A DNA stretch of 64,000 nt from an uncultured virus (IMG/VR IMGVR_UViG_3300032280_000373) (taxonomy: Duplodnaviria > Heunggongvirae > Uroviricota > Caudoviricetes): IMG/VR virus record IMGVR_UViG_3300032280_000373. One strand, given 5' to 3'. A model generated the notes under the pieces. It did no database searches and was not told where the DNA came from. It saw nothing but the letters and a program-made list of their open reading frames with translations. Of this stretch, positions 18,173 through 27,182 are shown in pieces. The translations under genes and the position numbers were made by a program. Position 1 is the first letter of the stretch, and every line of letters starts with the position of its first letter.

Positions 18173-18802
18173 ATGTCCACCCTGAACGAAGACATTCCAA
18201 GTTTTAAAGGGATGGTAAGAAAGTCCTTCTTCACCAAAGATCAGACAGACCGAAACGAGTTTTACAACGTATACGTATTTGCTTTGCAGTCCTGCCCCGG
18301 GACGATTCTAACTTTCCACATCATGACCGATTCAGGGATGCTTCGAAGCCGAGTCCCTATGTCTGAGATCTACACGCAAGAGCCCACTAATGATATCCCG
18401 TTTAATTACAAACAGCTTTGGGATTGCTTCTCTGAAAACGTGACCGTAATCGACTACAGCTTCTTAGCCTACCACCGCGCCCAGATTGTTTTGAGGGATG
18501 GCTCCAAGGTGTGGGGCACGTATATGTTCACCGTTGATTGGTACAATAATCCTTACTCGGACGAACCTTCCGATTACAAGTGCGGGCACGTCTTCGCCGC
18601 AGACGACGGATACTTGCTTTGCATGCCGAACAATCGAATCTTCTGGAGAGACTCCAACTGGGTTACCAAGAAGCTTCCGGAGAATCTCAAACAATTTAAG
18701 GTGGACACCGAGCTACCTTCTGTGGAGAATCAGTCCGACAGATGGGTAACAGAAGACACAGACTCGTTTTACTACGACATTAAAGAAAGAGAGACAACGT
18801 GA
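18173..18802 (+). CDS. Conserved phage hypothetical protein
   Basis: LNEDIP...QLWDCFS...YMFTVDW...KCGHV...PNNRI, a pattern I recognise from aquatic phage proteins; TAATG start at 18173. Confidence 0.7.
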   Translation: MSTLNEDIPSFKGMVRKSFFTKDQTDRNEFYNVYVFALQSCPGTILTFHIMTDSGMLRSRVPMSEIYTQEPTNDIPFNYKQLWDCFSENVTVIDYSFLAYHRAQIVLRDGSKVWGTYMFTVDWYNNPYSDEPSDYKCGHVFAADDGYLLCMPNNRIFWRDSNWVTKKLPENLKQFKVDTELPSVENQSDRWVTEDTDSFYYDIKERETT

Positions 18803-19509
18803 ATATACCAGACCTAGGAATGAAAATGAGAAGCGTAATGATTTTGACACCGGCCTATGGTGGCATTGTCACCGCTGGGTTCCACAGATCTTTGCTGACC
18901 TCGACGATTGAACTACTCGCGGAGGGTATCGCGCTTGAATCCGAGATTCTTGAAAACCAATCCCTGCTACCCCTTGCCCGCAACACATTGCTCAACGAAG
19001 CCTACAAACGTAAACCCGACGACATTATCTGGATTGATACCGACATGGTTTGGGAGCCCGATACTTTGCGCAGACTGCTCAAACATGATGTTGATGTGGT
19101 TGGTTCTGCCTGCCGCAAGAAGATTCCGGACAATGTTCAGTTCAACTTTCAACTCTTCAAAGAAAAATCCTTCGAGCCAGATGAAAAGGGTTTGATCGAG
19201 GTTCGTCGCCTTGGTACCGGATTCCTTCGGATGAGCCGCAAGGCTTACACCCACTTGTGGGAGAACGATAAGAAGTACGAGGTGCAGGGCGTAATGGGAT
19301 CGAACGTGTTTGAGATCGGTATCTGGCAAGGCCGCGAGCTTTTATCGGAGGACTTTATTGTTTGTGAGAAGCTGATCCAACACGGTTTCAAGATCTTCAT
19401 GGACCCTGAACTGACTGTCGGTCACGTCGGCACGTTTAACTACTGGGCCGACGTAAAGGACTTTTTCAAACGTTTGAAAGAACAGACCAATGATCAGCGA
19501 AAATCTTGA
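18799..19509 (+). CDS. GT-A fold glycosyltransferase
   Basis: ILTPAYG, ARN, IIWIDTD (DxD), GTGFL, LSEDF, VGHVG. Confidence 0.8.
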   Translation: MNIPDLGMKMRSVMILTPAYGGIVTAGFHRSLLTSTIELLAEGIALESEILENQSLLPLARNTLLNEAYKRKPDDIIWIDTDMVWEPDTLRRLLKHDVDVVGSACRKKIPDNVQFNFQLFKEKSFEPDEKGLIEVRRLGTGFLRMSRKAYTHLWENDKKYEVQGVMGSNVFEIGIWQGRELLSEDFIVCEKLIQHGFKIFMDPELTVGHVGTFNYWADVKDFFKRLKEQTNDQRKS

Positions 19510-20176
19510 GATCTTAATCTCGGTTTTGCACCCTACCCGCCGATGCAGCGAAGCATTGGCCCGCAAGCAGGGATGGATGGACATGGCCGCCAAGCCAGAA
19601 TCGATTGAGTGGATCTTTGGCATTGATGAGGGCGATACTTCATGCAATCCCCTCAAAGAACATGACCACGTAGTTGTCCCGCCCCCGACCTGGGATGTAT
19701 CCAAGGAAGGTGGCACACTTTGCCTAGCGATGAATATGATGGCCGAGAAAGCCAAAGGCGAATTGCTTTTCCAAATGGCCGACGATTGGTTTGGCCCCTA
19801 CCACTGGGATGCCTGGTTTCTCGAAGTGATGTCCGCCCATATGTATGAGCCCAAGATGCTGACTCTGCCAGACCACCCGGGGAGACCCGCGGGCTTTGAC
19901 CTTTGCTGCTTCCCCCTGATTACCCGCAAGCTTTACGAAAAGAACGGCCATTTCTATTACCCCGAGTACCGCCACGTTTACGTGGATACCGACATTTCAT
20001 TGCGAACGAGACGGTTTGGCCAGCGAGTGGATGTTCCCGTTATCCCGGGGTTCTTCCACGACCACCCGTTTTTGACCGGCAAATCCTCCGACGAGGTTTA
20101 CAACCGGGCAAACTCCAAACCAGCATACGAATACGGCGAAGCCATATACAAGAAAAGAAACGGACATCTGCTGTGA
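19490..20176 (+). CDS. GT2-like glycosyltransferase
   Basis: ISVLHPTRR, GELLFQMADD, YVDTD, HDHP. Confidence 0.75.
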   Translation: MISENLEILISVLHPTRRCSEALARKQGWMDMAAKPESIEWIFGIDEGDTSCNPLKEHDHVVVPPPTWDVSKEGGTLCLAMNMMAEKAKGELLFQMADDWFGPYHWDAWFLEVMSAHMYEPKMLTLPDHPGRPAGFDLCCFPLITRKLYEKNGHFYYPEYRHVYVDTDISLRTRRFGQRVDVPVIPGFFHDHPFLTGKSSDEVYNRANSKPAYEYGEAIYKKRNGHLL

Positions 20177-20664
20177 TACTTTATGATTTAGGGGCAAGAA
20201 CAGGGGAAGCTTTAAGCCTTCTTGACACATCCAAGTATTCCAAAATAATCGGTTACGAAGCCAATCCAGAAATAAAGGATATTCCTCCGGGCTACACAGA
20301 ATGGGTGAAGGCGGCTGCATGGACTCACGACGGGACCGTCAAGTTCATATCCGGGGATGGACTATCCGATTGTTCGGGTATTGAAGGGTACAATTGCATT
20401 TACTCACGTTCTATATCCTCCCGCGTCAACGAAATCCCCTGCGTTGACTTTCCAAAAGTTGTTTCTGAAAATGGATTGTGCGATGTGAAGATTGATATTG
20501 AGGGCGCCGAATGGGTATTGGTTCCGGCTTTAATTCCCCTTGCCAGTTTAATTAAGAATCTATACATTGAGTGGCACCATGGCGACAAAGGAAATCCAGA
20601 AACAGCAGAAGACCTTACGGCAAAGCTGAAAGCCGGGGGCGTCACTGTTCACCAATGGTTTTAA
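20173..20664 (+). CDS. FkbM-family methyltransferase
   Basis: YDLGARTG, YEAN, AAW, KIDIEGAE, IEWH; GTGA overlap start. Confidence 0.85.
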   Translation: MILYDLGARTGEALSLLDTSKYSKIIGYEANPEIKDIPPGYTEWVKAAAWTHDGTVKFISGDGLSDCSGIEGYNCIYSRSISSRVNEIPCVDFPKVVSENGLCDVKIDIEGAEWVLVPALIPLASLIKNLYIEWHHGDKGNPETAEDLTAKLKAGGVTVHQWF

Positions 20665-20668
20665 TTTT

Positions 20669-21256
20669 ATGACAAAAAGACCCTCACTCAGTATCCTTGT
20701 TGGCACAACGACCAAGCGGCCGGAGCAGTGCAAGAAACTAGTCGACTTCCTTTGCGCCCAGATCGAGGAAGCCAAACGCGATGACGTCGAAGTAATTTGG
20801 CTAGGTGACAATTTGAAATGCTCGTCCGGCCTAAAGCGCCAGCGCTTGCTTGCCTGTGCGATCGGCAAATACCTCGCCTACGTGGACGATGACGATTGGG
20901 TAAGCGATGACTACGTCAAAGAGATCACCAACGCGATCGACAACCATCAGGTCGACGTTATTACATTCCGCCAAAAGGTGAACCTCGACGGCCAGGAAGC
21001 GGAAGTAAACTTCCAGCTTGGGTACGAAACGGTTGAACCCTGGACCGGTCAGAATATGACTCGCCCGCCCTACCACGTTTGCGTGTGGGAAACGATGCTT
21101 GCCAAGTCAGCCCAGTTCTCCGACCAGTACTATGGCGAGGATGTGTTCTGGCTCCAGCAGCTTTGGCCGAAAGCCAAGACCAGCCACCATATCAACAAGG
21201 TATTGCACCACTACATTTGGTCATCCAGCGGGACTCTCTGCCAACCTGGAACCTGA
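20669..21256 (+). CDS. GT2-family glycosyltransferase
   Basis: LSILV, GLKRQ, GKYLAYVDDDD, GED. Confidence 0.85.
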   Translation: MTKRPSLSILVGTTTKRPEQCKKLVDFLCAQIEEAKRDDVEVIWLGDNLKCSSGLKRQRLLACAIGKYLAYVDDDDWVSDDYVKEITNAIDNHQVDVITFRQKVNLDGQEAEVNFQLGYETVEPWTGQNMTRPPYHVCVWETMLAKSAQFSDQYYGEDVFWLQQLWPKAKTSHHINKVLHHYIWSSSGTLCQPGT

Positions 21257-21258
21257 TT

Positions 21259-21861
21259 ATGTACTCACAGAATGACGAGGAGCGGGTAATCCTCAACTAT
21301 TTTGACGGGAAGCCCGCGGGGACTTTCTTGGATATAGGTGCGTATAGCCCGAAGAAATTCTCAAATACCAGAGCTTTGTTTGAGCGGGGGTTCAAGGGAG
21401 TCTTTATTGAGCCTTCCCCGTCTCTTCATCAGGCTTTCCTGGACGAGATCAAGGACGATCCTAAGATGCAGTTGATTACCGATTGCCTCGGACCCAACGC
21501 CGGCGAAGTGGAATTCTACGATTCCGGCGAGTGGGCCCTATCAACAACCGATCCAGAGTGGGTTGAAAAGAGAAAAGGTTGCGGCGCGACATTTACTAAG
21601 ATTAAGGTCAATATGATTACTGTCCCCATGCTCCTTGAAAAGGCAATCCACAAGACGTTCGACTTTATTTCGCTTGACACTGAAAACACCGTAAAGGTGA
21701 TTCTACCTTTGCTCGATCTAAACGCCCTAAATACTTCTTTGATTTGCGTTGAGTGGAACAGCCAAGACTTTGCTTTCTTTGACGACACACTTCGCGCCCA
21801 GGGATTTGTTGAAATTGACGGCTCGCGTACCGGCGAGAATCTGATTTACTCCAAAAAATAA
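21259..21861 (+). CDS. FkbM-family methyltransferase
   Basis: MYSQNDEE, FLDIGA, SNT, IEP, FDFISLDTE. Confidence 0.85.
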   Translation: MYSQNDEERVILNYFDGKPAGTFLDIGAYSPKKFSNTRALFERGFKGVFIEPSPSLHQAFLDEIKDDPKMQLITDCLGPNAGEVEFYDSGEWALSTTDPEWVEKRKGCGATFTKIKVNMITVPMLLEKAIHKTFDFISLDTENTVKVILPLLDLNALNTSLICVEWNSQDFAFFDDTLRAQGFVEIDGSRTGENLIYSKK

Positions 21862-21906
21862 AATAAATTTTTAAAATACATACAACCTTATATTAGGTTT
21901 GGAAAA

Positions 21907-21980
21907 GGGTGGGGGGTGGGGGGTGTCCGTATAGTCTTATGTAGAACCCCACTACTAGCCCTATCGGGAAGGGTGGGGGG
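21907..21980. repeat. G-tract repeats (GGGTGGGGGG x3), candidate terminus/pac signal
   Basis: GGGTGGGGGGTGGGGGG at 21907-21923 and GGGTGGGGGG at 21971-21980, following an AT-rich stretch. Confidence 0.5.
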
Positions 21981-22002
21981 ATGGATAATAGGAGACACTA
22001 AA

Positions 22003-22488
22003 ATGAGTAAATCAGTAACCGAAATCAAACCCTTCTTCACCTTTGTTGAAGGCGAATCCGTAGTCACCCGTGAAGCGGGCATTAGCGAAAAGACGGGCAA
22101 ACCCTTGGCCAAGCGTGAGTATGTCGTTGATCAAGGCATCCTAATGGCGAATGGTCGCCTTGCCCCTTCTTCCGCCCTAAAGAAGATGACAGATACCAAG
22201 GGTAAGGAGTTGGCCGCCATTCAGGTTCAGCAGGTGCGGGCGTTCAGCAACTTCACCCAAGGGAGAATGACGGATGCGGTCAATCGCATCACGGCGGGCG
22301 AAATGCAGGCCACCCAATGCCTCATCAAATTGGATGAGGACGGCAAGACCCCTGCGGAATATGTTTTCCGCATTAAGACGGCGGGCGTTGGATTGCAGAA
22401 GGCGAAATTGGAAAAGGAATTGACTGACAAAGGACTGGATGCGGAGACTATCGCACTTGTTCTGAAGCGGGCGTTCCCGAAGGCCTAA
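22003..22488 (+). CDS. Hypothetical protein
   Basis: AGGAG ribosome-binding site before ATG 22003; followed by a terminator. Confidence 0.7.
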   Translation: MSKSVTEIKPFFTFVEGESVVTREAGISEKTGKPLAKREYVVDQGILMANGRLAPSSALKKMTDTKGKELAAIQVQQVRAFSNFTQGRMTDAVNRITAGEMQATQCLIKLDEDGKTPAEYVFRIKTAGVGLQKAKLEKELTDKGLDAETIALVLKRAFPKA

Positions 22489-22498
22489 CGGCATAAGC

Positions 22499-22534
22499 GG
22501 TGGGGGGAGGGAAACCTCCCCCCATCCTTTTTTT
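22499..22534 (+). terminator. Rho-independent terminator
   Basis: GGTGGGGGGAGG-GAAA-CCTCCCCCCATC followed by a T-run. Confidence 0.85.
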
Positions 22535-22575
22535 ATCAAAAACCCAACCCCTTTGAATCAATGATTCTTAGCTTA

Positions 22576-23037
22576 TCAAACATCGATGGCAGGCTTAACG
22601 ACCGCAGGTTCATCGCTTCGAAGAACTGCGAGGTTAACGATTGTCTTGCCATTGCTTCCTTGATTCTGCGAAGCCAGTCCCAACGCGGGACGGGCGATAC
22701 GATCTACCTTTTCAAGAACCTCGATATGATCTTTCAATTCCTTTCGGCTTCCAGGCATCTCGGCTTCGAGGACGTCCAAGCTATGGTCGACTTGATTTGC
22801 AATCCTGTTCAGATATCGAGCCTGCTTATCGACACTGTTCTGTATGATAGTTTCTGTTCTGACCTGTGCAATCTTCTCTGTTATCTGGTCCCTCTTTGTC
22901 ACCCATTTGTACCGTCTTGCACGGGCATCAAGGGTGTTCAAGCTTATTCCATACTGCGAAGCAATGAAGCTTCGAGTCTTCCCTCCAAGGAACTCTCGCT
23001 CAATGACTTTCCAATCGACAGCCAATGCTTTACCCAT
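22576..23037 (-). CDS. terS: Terminase small subunit-like HTH protein
   Basis: DWKVIEREFLGG...IASQYGISLNTL..RARRYKW N-terminal HTH, then coiled helices; has its own promoter. Confidence 0.65.
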   Translation of the reverse strand: MGKALAVDWKVIEREFLGGKTRSFIASQYGISLNTLDARARRYKWVTKRDQITEKIAQVRTETIIQNSVDKQARYLNRIANQVDHSLDVLEAEMPGSRKELKDHIEVLEKVDRIARPALGLASQNQGSNGKTIVNLAVLRSDEPAVVKPAIDV

Positions 23038-23043
23038 AAGCCA

Positions 23044-23072
23044 AGCTTATACGACATCGTACATCAGGTCAA
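23044..23072 (-). promoter_or_regulatory. sigma70-like promoter, leaderless configuration
   Basis: TTGACC-N17-TAAGCT-N6-ATG(23037). Confidence 0.6.
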
Positions 23073-23248
23073 CGTATCTTTGATTCCTCGATTCGAGGAT
23101 GCACTAACAACCAACCAAAGGAGTAACAACCCATGAATGATAGCCAAGTCATATGGCTGACGGCAGACATGACGGAAGACACCGTAAGAGCAATTCTTAT
23201 GGACGTGGACTGCTCAATCCAGCCCAGCGATTCACAGGAGTCAATCAA

Positions 23249-23821
23249 ATGAGCGACACCTACCTTCAGGACTTCGGGCACCTGCGTAAGCAAGCCCATG
23301 CACGGGACGTGCATGACCCTATGTCCAGTGCTGGACGATGGGATGACCTTCAACTGGATATCCGCAGACCGCATATCCCGCAGGCTCGACGGGCGTCAAT
23401 GCGTAAGAATCGCAAGCTTACTGTGGGGAATGTCACTGTCCCCCTGCCCATCGCGGATGCTGAGTTGAACAAGGCGTTAGGCTTCAAGGCTTGCACGGGC
23501 AGTCCCAAGTATGCCTTGAGTAACATGACCAGCGACAAGTGGGAGCATGCACCGCATGATGCCAATGTGCGATGGTTGTTGCGCCGTGAGCAGGAGGCCG
23601 AGGCCAAGATGCTCTCGTCCAACATCAACATCCATCAGACCTATGCCGAGCTGTTCGGTAGGCTGATTGCCAAGATGTGGTTCAACCATACTCCCAAAGC
23701 CCGCGGTGCATACGAACGGCAGTTCCGATTCCTTTGGCAGTATCGCCACTCCTTCAAGAAGGTTCTTGGCAAGGGTGGTTACAGAACCAGAGGCTGGCGT
23801 AAGAAAGGGAAGATGCTGTGA
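23249..23821 (+). CDS. Hypothetical protein
   Basis: AGGAG site and ATGA coupling at 23249. Confidence 0.6.
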   Translation: MSDTYLQDFGHLRKQAHARDVHDPMSSAGRWDDLQLDIRRPHIPQARRASMRKNRKLTVGNVTVPLPIADAELNKALGFKACTGSPKYALSNMTSDKWEHAPHDANVRWLLRREQEAEAKMLSSNINIHQTYAELFGRLIAKMWFNHTPKARGAYERQFRFLWQYRHSFKKVLGKGGYRTRGWRKKGKML

Positions 23822-24069
23822 AGTGTGTCATCTGTGACGATCTTATCGAGGCCGAGCGTATCAACCTAGGCTTCTCCAAGTGCAAGGGCTGTGCCTTCCT
23901 GCACCCTGAAGAGAAGGTCAAAGGTGCGATGGTTTACCTGGATAAGACTGGCGGGGCAATCAATGTGATGAGTCCCGAAAGCTTTGATAACTACAAACGA
24001 ATTTCGCGCAGGGTCGGTCAGCGTTCGGCACTAAGGAATGTGCTGGACAATGGCGGTCGCTCGCAATAA
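23818..24069 (+). CDS. TraR/DksA-like C4 zinc-finger protein
   Basis: CVIC.DLIEAER.NLG..KCKGCA. Confidence 0.55.
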   Translation: MKCVICDDLIEAERINLGFSKCKGCAFLHPEEKVKGAMVYLDKTGGAINVMSPESFDNYKRISRRVGQRSALRNVLDNGGRSQ

Positions 24070-24089
24070 CCAAAAGGAGACACAAGACA

Positions 24090-24281
24090 ATGAGCAGAGA
24101 AATCAACGGCCAGACCCGCTGGAGTCCCGAGCAGTTCGGGGCTTTCGCCGCGGGCACAGCGGAAGGTGCAGACCCTACCAAGACTGCCTGCCCTGTTTGC
24201 AAGGGCACAGGCTTGGACTGGAACAACTCCAACGTCCGCGATTGTGAGGAATGCGACGGCTATGGGGAGGTAACCAAATGA
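24090..24281 (+). CDS. DnaJ-type (CxxCxGxG) zinc-finger mini-protein, copy 1
   Basis: CPVCKGTG...CEECDGYG; AAGGAG ribosome-binding site. Confidence 0.7.
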   Translation: MSREINGQTRWSPEQFGAFAAGTAEGADPTKTACPVCKGTGLDWNNSNVRDCEECDGYGEVTK

Positions 24282-24409
24282 GTCCCGACACTACCAAGAT
24301 TGCCTGCCCTGTTTGCAAGGGAACAGGGATTGACTTTAAACATCTGTGGCCAGACGGGACACCAGCTTACTGCGAGGAATGTGGTGGCTACGGGGAGGTA
24401 ACCAAATGA
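24278..24409 (+). CDS. DnaJ-type zinc-finger mini-protein, copy 2 (43 aa, not in ORF track)
   Basis: MSPDTTKIACPVCKGTGIDFKHLWPDGTPAYCEECGGYGEVTK; GGAGG site and ATGA coupling. Confidence 0.7.
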   Translation: MSPDTTKIACPVCKGTGIDFKHLWPDGTPAYCEECGGYGEVTK

Positions 24410-24771
24410 GCGTGATACTACCAATAATCGCCTACATCCAACTCAACGGCATTGAGTATTACGGAAAGGTGGTCAAGGACGGAACCCGAAACCATCACCC
24501 TCAATCGGAGTATGTCGGCAAGCGGAAGTTTGATGTGGCCAAGATTCAGTCAGACGATAGCTGGACACACTGGTATGTCTTCGAATCCGAGATGCCATTG
24601 CCCAACTTCTATGACTCTACGTTCATTCACTCGCTGGAATATGCGAGCTGGATTGATGTGGACAGGGACGACTGCGAAGCTCCGGGACAGATGTTCCGTC
24701 GCAGAGCTAACATCTGGAGGATGGGTATGTGGAAGATGCTCATAACCCAAAGCGGAGGGAGGGACATATGA
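24406..24771 (+). CDS. Hypothetical protein
   Basis: GGAGG site, ATGA coupling. Confidence 0.6.
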   Translation: MSVILPIIAYIQLNGIEYYGKVVKDGTRNHHPQSEYVGKRKFDVAKIQSDDSWTHWYVFESEMPLPNFYDSTFIHSLEYASWIDVDRDDCEAPGQMFRRRANIWRMGMWKMLITQSGGRDI

Positions 24772-25130
24772 ATTGCAATCAAGTTTGGGATATTATAAAA
24801 AGTGTTGAGTCCGCTGATTCGAAAATCGAAAATATACCCCTTAAATGGGCAGTCGAACGGCTTACGGGATTAAGGTATGAGAATATGGAAAACGAATATA
24901 AGGGCCGTATGTTTGAACCTTATGGGTCAAATCTAACGGATAGTGAGAAGAAGCAAAAGTATTTCTGGGTTAAATCTGAAAAGGTTTACCCCAATGAATA
25001 CGAAGGAGGAGACCCTTATTTCAGATACACATACTTCTCCCGATTTGAAGTTGCCGATAGGCTTCTGAAAATACTCGGTGATGTGGATATGATTACTAAT
25101 ATTATGAAAGAGAAGGAGGTAACTAAATGA
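24768..25130 (+). CDS. Hypothetical protein
   Basis: GGAGG site, ATGA coupling. Confidence 0.6.
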   Translation: MNCNQVWDIIKSVESADSKIENIPLKWAVERLTGLRYENMENEYKGRMFEPYGSNLTDSEKKQKYFWVKSEKVYPNEYEGGDPYFRYTYFSRFEVADRLLKILGDVDMITNIMKEKEVTK

Positions 25131-25255
25131 ACAAAGACAACAATGAGCTAGCCATAGCAATAGCTCAACTCCAACAGATTGAACTTGAGATTGCATATCA
25201 AGACAATCCCGAGGAACTCAACGCGTTGTATCGGCAACAAGATTAAGGAGGACAT

Positions 25256-25444
25256 ATGATTACCATAGAAAAACTAGTTGAGATTCTCAAAGAAGATATA
25301 ACTCGTGTGCGGAAGTATGTAAACAAAGATGTGTACGACGGAGATGGAGTTCGCGACATCTTCCAAGAGGGTTACAACTATGGTCACGAAGTGACTGTGG
25401 AACAAATACTAGAACTAATCGAGAGAGGAGGGCGAATCAAATGA
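25256..25444 (+). CDS. Hypothetical protein
   Basis: AAGGAGG ribosome-binding site. Confidence 0.6.
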   Translation: MITIEKLVEILKEDITRVRKYVNKDVYDGDGVRDIFQEGYNYGHEVTVEQILELIERGGRIK

Positions 25445-25725
25445 GAGGTAGGTCTATCGACCCCAAGTATGTCATGACCAATGCAGTCCAAGCTCACTAT
25501 GGGCGAAGGCTGACTAGGAAAGACTGGGAAAGGAACGTCAAGATAGCCAGACGCACGAGCCGAACGACCATCGCGCTCAAGCGGAGCCAAGGCTTGGAGT
25601 ATCAGTTTGCCTTGACCGACATCCATCGGGCGATCATCAAGAAAGCTATGATGACTCCCGACCAAGCGTATCAGAAGAACAAGGTAACCAAACAGCATGG
25701 GCTGGCTTGGGTTCTCTGCGGATGA
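25441..25725 (+). CDS. Hypothetical basic protein
   Basis: GGAGG site, ATGA coupling. Confidence 0.55.
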   Translation: MRGRSIDPKYVMTNAVQAHYGRRLTRKDWERNVKIARRTSRTTIALKRSQGLEYQFALTDIHRAIIKKAMMTPDQAYQKNKVTKQHGLAWVLCG

Positions 25726-25807
25726 GTGCCGAGACAATTAAGTTGTGGATTTGGTTGGCTTACCAAACTCCATCACCCAAGCTTTGGCACGGAAACAACT
25801 AGTCGAG

Positions 25808-25859
25808 TAGACCAAGTGCCCCCCTAACACGGGGGCACAAGTCTGGCCGATAGGCTGGA
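25808..25859 (+). repeat. Two-hairpin element, copy 1
   Basis: TAGAC..GTGCCCC..ACACGGGGGCAC then AGTCTGGCCGATAGGCTGGA, the same 20-mer as at 28397. Confidence 0.7.
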
Positions 25860-25900
25860 GAAAGAGATAGTTAACCTTAACAAAGAAAGGAACATTATAT

Positions 25901-26140
25901 ATGTTCTTTAAGAATCGAAAAGACGGTGAAGTTACCATTGAAGTGAAGCAGGGCGTATCCTCGGACGGTAGTCTGAACGGCCGCTTCTATACAGCCAGCC
26001 TCAACGGCTGGACAGGTGAAGGTCTGACTGAGCAGGACGCTGTGCGCGATCTTGACCAGACTCGGGCGGAAGCTTTGACCAAGCTTCACCACAACAACCG
26101 CGTGTTCGGAACCCGCTTGAACTTCGAGGTGGTCTCGTGA
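25901..26140 (+). CDS. Hypothetical protein
   Basis: AAGGA site downstream of the repeat element. Confidence 0.6.
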   Translation: MFFKNRKDGEVTIEVKQGVSSDGSLNGRFYTASLNGWTGEGLTEQDAVRDLDQTRAEALTKLHHNNRVFGTRLNFEVVS

Positions 26141-26273
26141 GTTGGGCGGAGTTCTTTGAGGTGATGACAGTCATCATCCAACTTGTCTGTGCGTTCCTAG
26201 TTATCCCAGCCTCCGTGGTGGCGGCTGTGATTCTACTCAACCGCCTTCTGAAGATGGCGTTGGAGGAGATCAG

Positions 26274-26627
26274 TTGAAACCTGGGGATAAGCTCTGGGTC
26301 GATGCCCAAATGATTGAGATCTTAAAAGGTCACAACCTTGGGCGGAAGTTCCGTCTTAACACTGGCGTAGTCGAGGTAGCTGGCGACATCTACACCGACG
26401 ACACGATGGTGCCGAAGGAACTGAATGTGAAAGTCGGTGATGCCCGCTGGGTCAGCCTGCCTTTGGGTGAGCTGGAACGTCCGTGGCGTTACCCAACCTT
26501 CCGCCGTTTGCTTGCGGTTATCCGCTCGTGGACTGGTGACTGGTTGTTCCGTGCTCGTAAGCTCGAGCAGGGAATCGACATCGAAGAAACAATCAACAAT
26601 GAGGAGAACGACAATGATCAAAGTTAA
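26274..26627 (+). CDS. Hypothetical protein
   Basis: GGAGG before TTG start; overlaps next gene. Confidence 0.5.
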   Translation: MKPGDKLWVDAQMIEILKGHNLGRKFRLNTGVVEVAGDIYTDDTMVPKELNVKVGDARWVSLPLGELERPWRYPTFRRLLAVIRSWTGDWLFRARKLEQGIDIEETINNEENDNDQS

Positions 26628-26795
26628 GCTTGGTTGGGAGTGGATGCGTTTCCACTTCTTCAAAAACAAAATGAACAGGTTGTTGGTGGCTAATGTGGAG
26701 TTTAGCAAACTTGGGTGTGAACTCTATGGCGGTTCGACATCGGTAATCATTTACTTGGAGCTTGTCATCGGCACGCTGATGATCAAGTTGAGCAG

Positions 26796-27182
26796 ATGAG
26801 TTACCCAATCGAAGTCGTGGCCGAGAAGGGAACGCTCCAGCGCAGGCTCGGGCTGGACCCCATTGACCGAACCTCAACGGCAGCCTTCCCGAAAGGGAAG
26901 ATAACCATTAGAACAAACAGAGTCCCAACCTTATCGGAGGGCGGAGCTTACGCGTTCTACTACACTGACCCCGAAGGTTATCGGGCGGTGTGTCACGTTG
27001 GGCCCGTGTACCGATACACGAGTCAGGGGAGAGCTGCCAGTGATGAGATGTATTATCACTTCAACTCTGGTTGCTTGAAGAAAACTCAACTCGACGCGTT
27101 TGTCGGAACCATCAAGGCCATCGAAGCCAAAGTCGATGCCTTGATGAGAAAGGAGTCCAATGGCTACCAAAACGAAATCTAG
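26796..27182 (+). CDS. Hypothetical protein
   Basis: ATGA coupling. Confidence 0.55.
   Translation: MSYPIEVVAEKGTLQRRLGLDPIDRTSTAAFPKGKITIRTNRVPTLSEGGAYAFYYTDPEGYRAVCHVGPVYRYTSQGRAASDEMYYHFNSGCLKKTQLDAFVGTIKAIEAKVDALMRKESNGYQNEI

Noticed and set aside
24170..24409. Diversity-generating retroelement TR/VR pair
   Set aside because: Differences are not adenine-specific and no reverse transcriptase is present; a simple duplication explains it.
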